In this document: positions 26,230 through 40,229 of the stretch, piece by piece
Position numbering within the stretch: position 1 is the first letter of the stretch
Layout: every line of letters begins with the position of its first letter
Assembly: GCF_009914755.1 (NCBI RefSeq)
Contig: NC_060935.1
Source: the human T2T-CHM13v2.0 reference genome, Homo sapiens
Length of the DNA: 64,000 bases
Reading direction: 5' to 3' (one strand)
Made by a program: the position numbers and the translations under genes
The notes under the pieces: model-generated
Seen by the model: only the letters and a program-made list of their open reading frames with translations
Told to the model about the DNA's origin: nothing
The model's database searches: none

Positions 26230-26500
26230 TAAGAATTGGTTTGTTTTTAAAATTGACACATGGGTGTTTTTATTTTTTCCCCCTCGTTTCTTTTTTGGGT
26301 GGGAAGCAATAAGGCTCTATTTGCTAAAGAAATGGAGGGGAATGTTTCCAGTTCTCTCTAATTGAAATGATCTCATATGCAAACACAAAAAATTAAGCCA
26401 TAAATGCGCCTTTGCAGAATTGAGGGGTAATGACCCCAGCTTAAGATAGAAGGCGATGATCCGTTTCATTGTCTAAAACCATAAGCATCTGTCATGTGCA
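26230..26500. promoter_or_regulatory. Candidate enhancer (homeodomain/POU/FOX/SOX motifs)
   Basis: TAATTG 26359, ATGCAAAC 26377, CCATAAA 26398, CATTGT 26467 in repeat-free DNA. Confidence 0.35.
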
Positions 26501-27014
26501 GAAGGTTTACTGGGGGAGCTGCCAGAGTGGGAGAGGGGCTCTCTTCCTTCTCTTCTTTCTTCCTTCTGGTCTTCCTTCTTTTCTTCTGTCTCACTTTTCT
26601 TCTTTCCTCTCACTTGTCAGAGGGGAGAGGCCAAAGGTGGGTAAAATGGAGGAAGTCAGGCAGGTCCCTGAGGATGGTCCTAGTGCACAAGCCTTTGGAT
26701 CTTAAGGAATCTGTAGGCTCTGGGCCCCAGCTTAGTCCCTGCCCCCACCCCTGTGGGCACAGCCTATTTAGTAACTATTCTTTCAGGAGGGCTGAGTGTG
26801 TGTGTCCTGCAGTCACTTATATCATTCCTGATGAGGAGGGCATTGCCACCCCTATATTTGGCGAGGATGCTTGAGGAGCTGGAGCTTGACACCATGATAG
26901 CAGAGGGAGACAGTCTGGGTGAGGGGATGGATGGGTGCCTTCACAAAGACTCACTCTTGTAGGCACCCACTGTCCCATCAGCATCATCCACCCTTCCTTC
27001 TTCTCTAGATTGGC

Positions 27015-27333
27015 GCTTGGCAAACTTGCGTAAATGAAGTCTTACTGGGACACAACTATACCCATTTGTTTATGCGTCATCCATGGCTGCTGTCATGCTA
27101 GCCAGGGGTATCAGCATGTCAGGCATTTGGGTGCCGACATTTTAAGTTCATCTATTTTTGTGTGCTTTGGAAAGCAAAGAGCACTATAGTGGAATGTTTT
27201 TCTTTAGGCAGGATTTCTACCTACAGAGTGTGGACATGAGCTTAGTTTAGTTGTTGCGCCAGAGACCATATGGCTTGCAAAATCTAAAATATCTACTGTC
27301 TGGTCTTTTATAGAAAAAGTTTGCTGACCTCTG
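27015..27333 (+). mobile_element. MER58 hAT-Charlie element with a ~140-bp foreign insert
   Basis: ttggcaaact, cccatttgtttatg...atggctgct | gccagagaccatatggc...agaaaaagtttgctgacctctg. Confidence 0.8.
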
Positions 27334-27654
27334 GCTTAGACTAGACAGATTTAACCCCTGAGTTTTGAGAAAAGAGAAAGGGGCACCTGAACAAAAACAG
27401 GCTTCTGCCAGCCACAAAGAGGGGAGAAATGGCTGTCAACACCCAAGAACACCGGGGCAAAGGCCTTGCACGACCAGGTATCTGTCACATCCTAAGACAT
27501 TGGTTAACCTCTCTATAACTCAGCCCCTGCCCTGAGAGATGAAACTGACTCCCCTCTGTCATACAGCTGCTGTGAAGACCCCATGATGTGATGTGGGTGA
27601 ACATTCTCTGGAAGACTCAGTTCAACCCCCTTGCACTTGGTCAGCACATGCTGA

Positions 27655-27890
27655 GGAGGAGTGTGGACCAAGCTCAAGGAGGCAGACCCTGGGGCCCACA
27701 GACATGAGTTCAAGCCTGGCTCCCTTACCTGTTAGCAGTGTGGCCTTAGCTAACTTCCTCGGTGCTCTGAGCCTTAGTCTCCTCATCAATAAAATGAGGA
27801 CGATGATAGCCATTGGGTGTTACTGCAATGATAGATGTCACAAGGAAGGTTTCCAGCACAAAATGACACTCTCCTTCAATGGTAGCAGTG
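27655..27890 (+). mobile_element. MIR
   Basis: gagttcaagcctggctcc...ctgagccttagtctcctcatcaataaaatgagg. Confidence 0.75.
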
Positions 27891-28150
27891 TTTTTCCTGC
27901 CTTACAGGACCTTATATAAGCAACAAACACCACATGAATGCAAATGCCAATTGGTTTTTTTCTATCCTGATCCAGTGCCTCTGTGTAGGAGGGCCAGGCT
28001 TAAGACTCCCAGCTGAATACCCAGTTCAGAAGGGGTATGAATTGAATCCAAGCTTTCCTCATTGTTAGCCCAGTCTCCTTTTACAACTCCTCATTGCAGC
28101 TAATTTGCTTCGTGACTTTCGGAAAATCAGTCAACCTCTCTGGGCCTTAG

Positions 28151-28936
<786 letters not shown>

Positions 28937-29220
28937 CCCACCTTACCCCCAGGGTCCCAGAGAATCCAGAAAGATACTTAGCACCTCCATGCACTGATGG
29001 CTCTGGGTGTCCCAGCAGAGCCATTACACTGGCGCCTGTGTCTCAGGGTCTGGAGAATGCAGAGGGTGTAAAGTCCTCTCCAGCTTCAGGCAAAGGGGTA
29101 CTAGTAATGGGGCAGGGCTCAGACCTCTGGGGGCCCGGAGGAGCTGCCCGTGCTGCCAGCAGGAGAAAGGAGTGAGGGTCTACCATGAAGGTCTGGGCTG
29201 ACCTCTGTCCCAACTCCTGA

Positions 29221-29660
29221 TGTGTTCATCTGCTAGGGCTGTGTGACAAATTATCACAAGCTGGGGGGTTTAAAACAACAGAGATGTATTCTCTCATAGT
29301 TCTGTATGCTGGAAGTCCAAAATCCAGCTGTTGGGAGAGTCGGGTTCTTCCAGAGGCTCTGCAGGAGAATCTGTTCCATGCCTCTCTCCTGGCTTCTGGT
29401 GTTTGCCAGCAAACCTTGACTTGCAGGTGTGTCATTCCAATCTCTGCCTCCCCTATCACGTGGCTTCTCTTTGACATCTGTGGATGTCTCTTTGCCTTTT
29501 CTTGTAAGGACACCTCTCCTGTTGAGTTTAGGGTCCACCTTAAGCTGGTATGACCTCATCTTAACTCATTACATCTGCAAAGACTTTATTTCTAAATAAG
29601 ATCACATTCTGAGGTTCTGGGTTGACATGAATTTGGGGGCGCACTGTTCAATCCAATACA
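29221..29660 (-). mobile_element. MLT1C-type MaLR LTR
   Basis: gctagggctg...aaaacaacagagatgtattctctcatagttctg...ttacatctgcaaagac...ttcaatccaataca. Confidence 0.88.
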
Positions 29661-29943
29661 CTTGTGTTGGGAGGTGGGGACAATTTAGCCCCAGGCCAAA
29701 TGGAGAACAATCCTTCACCTTCTGTGGCTCCATGTATCCTGCTCCTTCCCAGGCTGGCCTGGGGACTTGCAGGTGTTTGAAAATACAGCCCGAGATGCAG
29801 CAGGGTCGGAGGAAGCTGATAATTGGAGCTCATATATGTGCAACACTGCCATTTTATGATGCTTGAGATTTTTAAAAAGTTACATTCGTAATCCAGCTCT
29901 AATCAATAACTTTTGCAAAAATGGCCATTTAAAAAAAGAAGAT

Positions 29944-30247
29944 GGCCAGGTGCAGCAGCACAGACCTATAATCCCAGTGCTTTGGGAGGCCAAGTTGGTA
30001 GGATCTCTTGATGCCAGGAGTTCAAGACCAGTCTGGGCAAAATAGCAAGACCCTGCCTCTACGAATTTTTTTTTAATTAGCCAGGTGTGGTAGTGCACCC
30101 CTGTAGTTCTACTTGGGAGGCTGAGGCAGGAGTATCACTTGAGCCCAGGAGTTCAAGGCTTCAGTGAGCTATGATCACAGCACCGCACTCCAGCCTGGAC
30201 AACAGAGTGAAACCCTGTCTCTTTAAAAAGTAAAACAAAAAAAAAAG
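29944..30247 (+). mobile_element. AluJ
   Basis: Diverged dimeric Alu with A-rich tail. Confidence 0.92.
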
Positions 30248-30819
30248 ACAATGGGGAAGCTGTGGCAGCCCTACCACCCAGCCCACATGTTGACAGCAGA
30301 AATGCCCAACTTGGAGTGGGTGTGAGCATCAAAGCCTTGGGGCAAGCCCACCCATCCATCTGCCCACTGATCATGGGCTTTGAACCAAGAGTGACTGGGA
30401 CAAATGGATGTTTCCATTGGAACCTGGAGTGTGGCAAGGTGGGACTAGAATGTGAGAAATCTTTTCACTGCAGGAGATGAGACACTGCCATGGTGGCGAG
30501 GGGCCCTTAAGAGCCCACCTCCCCCATCCCGCTTGGCCCAGATCCTCAGGGGTCCTTCTACCCTGTTCCTGTGGAGGGAGGGATGCTGGGAGGGAGTGCT
30601 GGCCTGCAGTGTGCTTTACCTTCTGATAACCAGCGCTTGTGACATTTTTTCAGAGGACTGCCTTCGGGCTTCTGGAGCTGCTTTGCTGCCAGGACAGAGA
30701 GAAGGAAGTGCCTGGGGATTTCCATCCTCTGTCCCCGCCCTGGGCTGCACTTGCCAGTGACTAATGGGTCCAGGCTGTGAAAGCCCAGCATCCTGCCCTC
30801 AGGTGGAGACACGCTCTGA

Positions 30820-31007
30820 GGTGTAAGTTAACACTTCAGAGCTCTCCTGGCTGAAGCTACCCTCTGAGGAACATGGCCTGGCTTCTTTGATATCTTTTCC
30901 TGTTTCACCAACTCCCTCACCGGGTTCTCCCAGAAGCACTTTCTTAAGAAATCACTTGCACGGGAATGCTCATGTCGGTCGGCTTCTAGGGGAGCTGGCC
31001 TGAGACA
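30820..31007 (+). mobile_element. LTR16/LTR33-type ERVL LTR 3' fragment
   Basis: aaatcacttgcacgggaat...gcttctagggga...cctgagaca. Confidence 0.6.
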
Positions 31008-31217
31008 CCCCCTTTCCACAGTAATGTCGTTTGTATCCACCCATTGCCAGGCAGCCTTTTGTGTCAGTGATGCTGGAAGCCACCTCTGGTGTGTGATCTG
31101 AAAGACCCAGGGCTCCATAAGCTCTTCCTGGTTGCTGCTGCTGTGCCTGAAAACCCACCTTTGAGATTCGTTCCCTTGGAATGTGTCTCTCACTTCTCTT
31201 AAAATGCAGGTGCTTCT

Positions 31218-31569
<352 letters not shown>

Positions 31570-31984
31570 CTATTGCTGCAACAGTCGCCTGGATCCATTC
31601 CACTGGAGCGACCCTGAGCAAAATCACAAAGGCAGAAAACTGAGCCTTCAGCATCCCCTGCCTCACCCTGCAGTGCCCTTCTCCCCTCCTGGCTCTTTCC
31701 CCGAGCCATCCTGTGTATCCTGTCCTCTGCTGGATGAAGGCTAATCCACTCAAGGTTTAAAATAATGGCGATGATGATAATGAATATGATGATAAGGTGC
31801 CATTACTTTTAGGGTATTATCGTTCCTGAGGATGCTGCTTTTTGAATGGGATTTCAGGAACATTGCAAATGACCATGGGACCCAAGGGGAAGTTTCAATG
31901 GTAAAATTCAGGCATTGTGATCCCCGGATGAGAGATGTAGTTTGGAATCCTGCCTGGTCCCCCTCAAATTACAGTCAGGGCACA

Positions 31985-32194
31985 CAGGGCTGCACTCTAT
32001 GGCACCTTTGTGCAAATTTAAAAAAGATGGCCCCTCTGGGTCGATGAATTAGAAAACTGCACCTCCTTGGGGCAGATGCAGCTCCAAGGGTCCACACATC
32101 AAGCCTGATTGCAGGCTGGATTTCAGCGTCACTTCCTTACCTGCCAGGTACTTCTGAGCGGTGCATAAACTGCCCCGCCATACAAGGCAGCCCT
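31985..32194. mobile_element. MER91-like hAT-Tip100 element
   Basis: cagggctgc...gcagccctg terminal inverted ends; internal tgtgcaaattt. Confidence 0.55.
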
Positions 32195-32209
32195 GAGGAC
32201 CCCAACTAG

Positions 32210-32415
32210 TAATAGTAATGGCCAACATTTAGTTTACTCTGTGCCGGCATTGTACTAAACACCTGACATCAATCCCATGAAGCAGCTACAATTTGCATCA
32301 GTCCCATTTTACAGATGAGGAAACTGAGGCTCAAAGCGGTAAAGTAAATCCCCTAAAGACACACAGCAAACAAGTGAAAGGTTTGGGGCTTGAACTCTCA
32401 TAATCTGGTGCTGTA
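32210..32415 (-). mobile_element. MIR
   Basis: cccattttacagatgaggaaactgaggctca core. Confidence 0.88.
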
Positions 32416-32534
32416 GGAAATGTCTTCTGTTCTGAATATTTTGGACGGGAGAAGGGTGGCAGAGGGCAAGAAAATGTAGGCAAATTAAATTAGCAGGAAA
32501 GAGGAAGCGTATTGGCTGGGACACTATGGGGTGA

Positions 32535-32725
32535 GGCAGGGTGGTCCAGTGGGCAGAGCATTGGCCTGGAAGTCAGGAGGCCAGATTAGACTCTCAAGTC
32601 TGCCTTTTACCAGCTAGGTGCCCCAGGCAAGCCTCTCAACCATTCTAGACCTCAGCATCCTCATTTGCGAAAATCCGAATGTGGAGACAGATCTCCAAGG
32701 ATCTTTTAAAGCTCTCAGATTTCCA
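32535..32725 (+). mobile_element. MIR3/MIRc
   Basis: gcagagcattggcctggaagtcaggag...cctcagcatcctcatttg...agctct. Confidence 0.7.
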
Positions 32726-33084
32726 CTCCCACCAACACTCCTAAGAGTGGCTGCAGAGGGGCAGGAGGGGGCCACGGTTCCCAGTGTGGTGGAGGTGAGG
32801 CGGGCAGGGCAGGGCCCGTGCATCCTCGGCCCAGCCCCAGCTCTGCACTCCCAGTGTTTTCATGGCTGTTGCCATCCTGATCCGGTCCACAGCAGCTGCT
32901 GTCCTGATCCAATAGAGCTATCTATCAAACACACGCAATTAAGGCCACGGTTGCCAAGATCAGCCAAATAGATTCATTCCAGAAGTGGAGAAGAGCCTGG
33001 GGGTGGGAACGGGAAGGAAAAAGACCTGGGGAATGGATGAGCTCTGATCTGCCCTGAGCACTATCAAGAAGGAGCTAGAAGCAT

Positions 33085-33295
33085 GAGGTTCTTAGAGACT
33101 GACTCTGTGCCAGGTCAGAGAGTCATATATGCATTATCTGCGCAGACTCTGTGAGTTATTACCCCATTTTACAGATGAGCCAATTGATGCACAGACAGGT
33201 CACACAACCTGCCTAGGGTCCCACCCACAGCAAGGGGAAGAGCTTGCGTTCAAACTGAGGGGACCTAGCTTGTGGGTGTGCTCTAAACCACTGTG
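33085..33295 (-). mobile_element. MIR
   Basis: ttattaccccattttacagatgag. Confidence 0.75.
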
Positions 33296-34602
33296 TCACA
33301 TGGAGCAAGAGAATATTAAAGAATATTAAGTCTAGGAGACTGCAAGATTTCAGATCTCAGACAACAGAGAGGTGAAGCCAGTCACCTGGGGCAGATTTTT
33401 ACAAAGGAAAATTTTGAGAACTGGTTCCTTGATTCTTGGGCTCCTTTGCCAGATCAAGGATATGAAATAGGAAATGGAGGGCAGGAGGTGCATGGAGATC
33501 TCTCTGGAGAGCTGGTGTTATGCTGTGATACTCCTTAAGGAGAATGAGCGGCTTCCATGTGACAGGTGGTCCCCACAGTTGGGACACTCAGAGGCCCAGG
33601 GCCTGCCTAGCTGAGATGGCCACGGTGGCCTGGGGTAGAGGACTGAGGATGCAAAGGGGTGTATATGCGTCTCTTCAGGTCCTGACTGTGCCACGTGTAT
33701 GCAAACACCACGTGAGGCAAGGTTGCCACCAGGACTGCCCAGGGACAGGGGGGTTCAGCAGAAAGACACTGGAGGCAGGCTCCTGGCTCCTGGGGACCTG
33801 GGCATGAGGCAGAGCCACAGCTTGAAATGAAAGGTTGACCTCCCAGGCCAAGATGACTGCAGGTGGAAGATGCCCATCCCTGAGTCCCCAAGGAACTGAC
33901 ACCTGCACCCCACAGGGGACCCTGGCTTAGCCTCGGCCTGGTGCATCCACAACAACAGCCCGTGAGTGAGGATTGGTGAGCAGAACGAGAGAAAATAGCA
34001 ACTCCATGGCTTTCCCGTCAGCCCTGACCCCGAGAAGGGAGAGGGGAGCAGTTACCAGTGAAAAAAGACTGGAGTGTAGATTTATATCACAAACTGGACA
34101 CAGTCTGAATCAAGCTGGTCTGTAACCCTAACTGCTGATTATCTAAGGGTAAACAGAAAGCCACGGGAACAGCCTGAGTGTCCACTTCGGTGCAGGGGAT
34201 GGTGCCATCCACTGAGAACATTCCAGACGGAGGGTGGAGGAAAAGTAAAGTCGAGCTGGGAACATGTCTTGGGAGAGGGCGTTTGTCATGCTGGCCACTC
34301 TGGGTGCAGGGTATGCGGGGACCCAAAAGGCCAGGTCCCAATGACATGGTTGAAGAAGGTCCCACACATTCTTCCTGGGTCACCACTGACCTCTCCTTTG
34401 AGTCCCGCCCTGGGCAGCCCATCCCAGCCAGTAGACTGCTTCCTCCTATCACTGGTCAGGGAGGCAGCCTTCCCTTTAAGGCCCCTCTGTTTGCCTCCTC
34501 ACTCAGTGGGTGGGCTTGTCCCAGCAGACATGCATTGAGCTGGAAAGGAGAATCGCAGCCAGGCTTGCGTGTGCAAGCATGTTCCCATGGGCACGGAGTG
34601 AA

Positions 34603-35027
34603 TGCAGTGGTGCTGCCCATACCAGCTCTTCCAGGACCAAAACACTCAGCCTCCAGGTACCAGGAGCTTCACCTACTGATGGCACACAGCTGAGGCCCAC
34701 TCTGGGCAATGCCCTCAACTAGAAAGAGCCAACTTGCCCAAATATACTTACTGTCCCTGTGTCCAGTGACCAGTCTACACAGAGATACAAAGGCCAAGCC
34801 CCTTTACATCAGTTCTGGACCTCTCTGAAGGGCCATGCCAGCTTCAGAGCTCCCTGGGGGATGGGCTGAGTCCTCTGCTGTGACTGCATCGTAGCTCCAC
34901 TTCCCCCGACTTAAGCCTGCCTCCCTCACTCGCTTGCCAGTGCTGCTTCCGAGAGCTCTGCCCAGTAAGCCTCCCACACGCAAGTTGCCATCTCAGAGGC
35001 TGTTTCCCGAGAATCTGAGCTAAGATT
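34603..35027 (+). mobile_element. LTR16-type ERVL LTR
   Basis: ctctgaagggccatgccagcttcagagctccc...catctcagaggctgtttccc...ctaaga. Confidence 0.75.
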
Positions 35028-35039
35028 GGACCTTCCTCT

Positions 35040-35274
35040 GTGTGGGCACTTATGTGTGCATGCGTGTGCATTTTGTAAGGGAGATGGGAGCACGCATGTG
35101 GGTGTATGAGGGGAGTGTGTAAGCACAGGTGAGGGTGGGTGGGTGTGTAGGCAGGTGGGCATGCGGTGGGACTACATGAGATTGTGTATGAAAGTGGGTG
35201 TGTGAACATTTGTGTGAGGGTTGATGTTTGAGCATATGTGAGCAGGAGTGTGTGTGTGTGTGTGTGTGTGTGTG
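35040..35274. repeat. TG-rich tract ending in a (GT)13 microsatellite (35248-35274)
   Basis: Read directly. Confidence 0.9.
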
Positions 35275-35451
35275 CACAGCAGGGTAGCCCAGGCAGATTC
35301 TGCCCTTGTCTCTCTCTCTGCCCCCCTCTTTACTGCTCCCTTCACCTACTTATTCTCCTTGCTCAATCAAGGACCACCCTCTTACCCTGGGGAAAGCCCC
35401 CATGGAAGCCAGAGGCTGTGTCTGGACAGAAGAAAGGGACCCTAGCATCGT

Positions 35452-36584
35452 AGAGTCATGGAGAATGAGAAAATTACAAAGAGATGGAAGGGGACAAAGT
35501 AGCCTTTATTTCCTCCAACTGGCCTCTTCTCACTCACACCAGTGATGGGGGGCCCAAGCACCCACAGCCAAGCCCACCTATGAGGACACCTTCCCCTTAG
35601 AAACTGCCAATCAGTTGCCCTATTACTTCCACCCTCCATCTTGGCCCCTCTCTCATGCCCAGGCCAATCCCCAGACATTCCAAGGCAGCCAAGCCCCTCT
35701 CGAAATGCCACTCATCATTCCCCATGTGAGGATGCTGAGCCCTGCTCCCCCTTCTGGATCTCCCTCCAGACACTCTGTGGGGTCCAGATGCGGCTGAGCA
35801 GGGCCAAGAGTAGATGGGGGAACAGTCCCTCCCACCACTACGGCCCCGTGAAGTTAGGGACCTATGTCTGGGTCCACTGTTTTAGTAGCCACAGCACATT
35901 GTTGGTGCTTACATTGACCTTGGGGGTCAAATAAAAATGACCAGATCATTTCAGGTGGAATCCTGCCAAGCCAGCTCCATCCACCCACCCTGGGCTTGTT
36001 CCTAGAATCACTGATTTTTTTTTTTTAATCTGAAAGTGCCTGACTTTACATTGATTACTGTTAAATATCTTCATGTTGATTTTGGCCCAGCAATTCTGCC
36101 TTGGAAAAGAGTTTGGATCATGAGTCAGCTAAAGCAAAGTAACTTGTGCTTTTGAGGTTTGGATGGACACATCTTTTGTGTCTTCATGCAAGTGTCGTCG
36201 AAATTACTGGACAGGCTGGAGCCAGGGCAATGTTTTGCACTGGAAATCCCTCTCCCAATTCATTCCCTGCCACCCAAACTTCTTGAGTAGAAGCTGTTCA
36301 AACCACTACGAACCTGCCCTCTTATCCACTGATCTGCTAATCCAGCCCTCCTGTGGGAAAGGGGGAAACATTTAATTAGGGGAAACATGACCTTGGTGAG
36401 CCTGGGCTTGCCCTTGGACCATGCCATGTTCTTTCCCAGGTGCTCCTGGATTTTCTGTCCAGTCAGTCAGTCTAGACTGTTCCTGTCATGATCAGAATCC
36501 ACTCTTCCACTCTTCCCTTCTTTTTGGCAAAGGCCGCTTTGCCCCCTTCCATCTCCTTGTAATTTTCTCTTTCTCTGTGACTCT
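35452..36584. repeat. 56-bp inverted repeat pair (35452-35507 and 36529-36584)
   Basis: 49/56 identity after reverse complement, manual ungapped alignment. Confidence 0.85.
36030..36400 (-). mobile_element. L3/CR1 LINE fragment
   Basis: ttcatgttgattttggcccag, gtcttcatgcaagt, ggacaggctggagccaggg resemble antisense CR1 RT. Confidence 0.55.
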
Positions 36585-36621
36585 TGGAAACCCCACAGAA
36601 TCCTGGAAGTCCCTTTTATAT

Positions 36622-37277
36622 TGGGTAACCATATAATTTTTCAACCAAAAGAGATAACTTTGAGAGTGTATTTGTTGTCAATTGCTTCGTAACAAATTCC
36701 CCTAAAATTTAGCAGCTAAAAACAACATTTACTATCTCACAATTTCTGTGGGTGAGGAGTTTGGGAGTGTCTTGGCTGGGAGGTTCTGGATTGGAGTCTC
36801 TTATGAAGTTGCGGGCAGGATGTTGACCAGGGCTGCAGGCATCTGAAAGCTTTCCTGGGGCTGGAGGATCCATTTCCAAAATGGCTTACTTGGCTGTTGG
36901 CAGGAGGCCTCATTTCTTGCTACATGGGCCTCTCTGCAGGACTGCTTGAATTTCCTCACAATGTGGCAGCAGCTCGCCAGCGTGAGTGACCCAAGAAAGA
37001 CAGTGAGGAGGAGGCTACAGAGCCTTTTATGATATAGTCCCAAGACAGACACACTGTCACTTTCGCCATATTCTGTTCATTAGCAGCAAGTCACCAAGTC
37101 CCAACCCACATTTGAGAAAAGATAAATTAGGTCTCACCTTTTGAAAGAAAGAGTACCTAAAAAATGTGTGTACATATTTTAAAATCACTACAGGGAGTGA
37201 AAGGAGATGGTAGATAATTATCCCAGGATGCTGAGGTGAACCAGGTCTGTCCTGCACAGATCACATTTGATCACCCA
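36622..37277 (+). mobile_element. MER94 hAT-Blackjack element split by MLT1F
   Basis: gggtaaccatataattt...ctttgagag | gagtgaaagg...ataattat...tgatcaccc. Confidence 0.7.
36667..37192 (-). mobile_element. MLT1F-type MaLR LTR
   Basis: atctcacaatttctgtggg...ggggctggaggatccatttccaa...attttaaaatcactaca; TSD gagag / gggag. Confidence 0.88.
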
Positions 37278-37279
37278 AC

Positions 37280-37532
37280 TCCAAACCATTTGGACCCTGA
37301 GCCACAGTTAAAAATCCATCCTGACCCTCTTCACATGCACACATGTAACTGAAACAAAAGCTCACAAAACAACATTTAACCTTACCATATGCATGGACAA
37401 TATAAAATATTCCATTTCATTCTATTTTATTCAGTTCTACTCTGTGTGTTCTTAAAATATTGGTATGGGCAACTAAATTTATTTCACAACCCACTAATGG
37501 TTAGCAACTCAGTTTGCAAAAACAAACTGCTA
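37280..37532 (-). mobile_element. hAT-Charlie element (Charlie18a-like)
   Basis: aactaaatttatttcacaacccactaatgg...cagtttgcaaaaac. Confidence 0.6.
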
Positions 37533-37970
37533 TCCTAGAGTGTGCTTTTTGTGTGCAGTGAAGCAACTTCCATTCTCCATCTATTTTGGAGCTCTCCATG
37601 GGTCTGACCAAAGCTTCTTAACCTACTTTTCTTATCTTTTTGACCCCTCCTTCCTTGGCACACACAGACGCTGTTGATCTTTGGCTCTGCAGAGTCACTG
37701 AGTCATGAGATGCATGCAAGAGACACCGGACAAGGAGTCACACACGTCTCCTTTACAATATCCGTGGCAGACATTACTAATCAATCATGGTACTGTCCCA
37801 TTAAGCTCAACGTCCACTTCAGAATCTTTCCTAACCCAGCACTCCAGACATTTTTTTTTGGGAGGGGAGTGGGACAAAAATCTATTTTACAAACCCTTTA
37901 TCTGAAGCTGAAAAGCAAACTCTCTGAGTCCCAGAGAGATGAAGAGGCTTTCCCAAGGTCACAGGGCTGA

Positions 37971-38357
<387 letters not shown>

Positions 38358-39029
38358 AGCTTCACAGACTTTGACCATTCATTGGTTGTCATCTTTGACC
38401 TAATTCTCCGGACCAGGATCCAGCATTCACTCACCAGTCCATACTTGAACTGCCCTTCCTCCATGCCCACCACTCACCAAAGCTGTTAACGAGACCTCTT
38501 TCCAGGGAGAACTTCACCTGGGGGTTGACCTGCATAGGGTCACCTCCAAGAGAAGCATCTTTGCATGGTATGCAAGAAACATCAAGAAAAACGCCCTCAT
38601 CCTCTGGTCCAGCTGTACCCCATCAGCTGGAATCAAGGGCTTGGAGCCCCCCAGACCACCTGTTACCACCAAGTGGGCCCAAGCTGAGGCCTTGTGTTGT
38701 TTTATGTGACTATTCATCCTGCCATGAACAGGTCTGTGCTGCTCAGTTATTGCCCTCACTCTGGTGCTAGCCCAGACATCAGCTTAGAGATAAGAAGACA
38801 AGCGTATGGGAGTCAAAGGTAAACTTCCAGTTACCGTGCTGCCAGGAGGGTGCAGTTATTGAAGTGGCCTGGAGTGCTACCTGAGCACTGAGAGCAACAT
38901 TTCTCCCTGAGACATCTGATATGCCAGGTGAAGCTTTTGAAGGATATTCTGTAGTATCCCTAGTAAGGAAACAACAGAAACTAACGCTTGGAGGAATAAG
39001 GGAGCAGTGGGCTTAAGGGAAATACACAC

Positions 39030-39422
39030 CATTGGATATTGATGGAGAATGCACTGTAAAGCCCAGAGGCAAGGAACAGTAGGTGATGAAGCTGCTCCCC
39101 ACATGGAGTTTATATTCTATGAAGGGAGAGAGACAAAAAGAAAAGAAACATATACACAGAAAATATACCAGTGGTGATAGGAGCCAAGGGGAAAGATTAT
39201 ACAGGAGCATGGGGAAAGAGCTAGGGATACTGTTTTTAGATGAGTGGTCAGGGAAGGCCTCTCTGAGAAAGAGACATTGAGCAGGGACCTGAGATATGCA
39301 GGAGTGAAGCTGCAGCTTACTGGAGGAAGAACATTCTAGGCTGAGGAAACAGCAAGCACACATGCTCAGAGGTGGGCTCCTGCTTGGTGTTGGGTTCAAG
39401 GAGCAGCAGGGAGGCCAGTGTG
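39030..39422 (-). mobile_element. L2a fragment
   Basis: catggagtttatattcta...gtggtcagggaaggcctctctgag...gaggccagtgtg. Confidence 0.85.
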
Positions 39423-39439
39423 CACACGCTGCATCCTTT

Positions 39440-39620
39440 CTCATCTGATCTCACCAGATCCTCATGCCACCTGGATGGAAGGCCCCAGATGGATCCCCTT
39501 TTCCAGATGAGGGCACTAAGGCCTCAAGGGTTAAGTGGCTGGTGACAAGCACAGAGTGAGTTTGCGGCAGAGCAGGGCCCAGAATCCAGGGCTCCAGGTG
39601 TCCAGCGCAAGGCTCTTTTG
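39440..39620 (-). mobile_element. MIR
   Basis: ttttccagatgagggcactaaggc...ggttaagtggct. Confidence 0.65.
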
Positions 39621-40229
39621 TGGCTCAGAGCAGCCTCCTCACTGATTGTGGATTGGTGCCCAGTAAAGCTCAAACAAGGATAGCTTCCAAGCCTTGCTAG
39701 CAGGTCAGCCTGCTGGCTCTTCCAGGAGACCTGGAAGTGTTCTCTGAGCTTGGGGATGTCCCCTCTTCAGACCAAAGTCTTATAGCCAAAACTCTTCTAT
39801 TTCCAGGGTCCCTCAACAAAACCTGGGGTCAGTGGGGTTGGGGGAAGCCAGGACAGGCAACGGCTATGCCTGGCATCCTGAAGCTCTTGAGTGAGACCTG
39901 CACACAGACCAGGGTCTGCTGCCAGGACCCAGGCTGAAACCCAAACACCCCTGTCTCAGGGTGCAGTACCATGGGGGCATCTCAATTCAACATGGATTAG
40001 GCATGTAGATCCTCAGCTTCAAGGGTTCTTGGTCACGTTTTCCCACCTCCTTCCTTTTCTTGCTTCCTTCTTTTTAAACTATCAGGACTGGGGTGAGGTG
40101 GGATGGGTGGGATTGAATGATGGTTTCTGGGGGCCAGGGATAGCTGGCCCCTTTGTGTCCTGACAAGCCAAAGGCAGCTTACAATGTCCACACCCCCTAA
40201 CATCCTGAGCTGCAAGACAGGGAAGCAGT

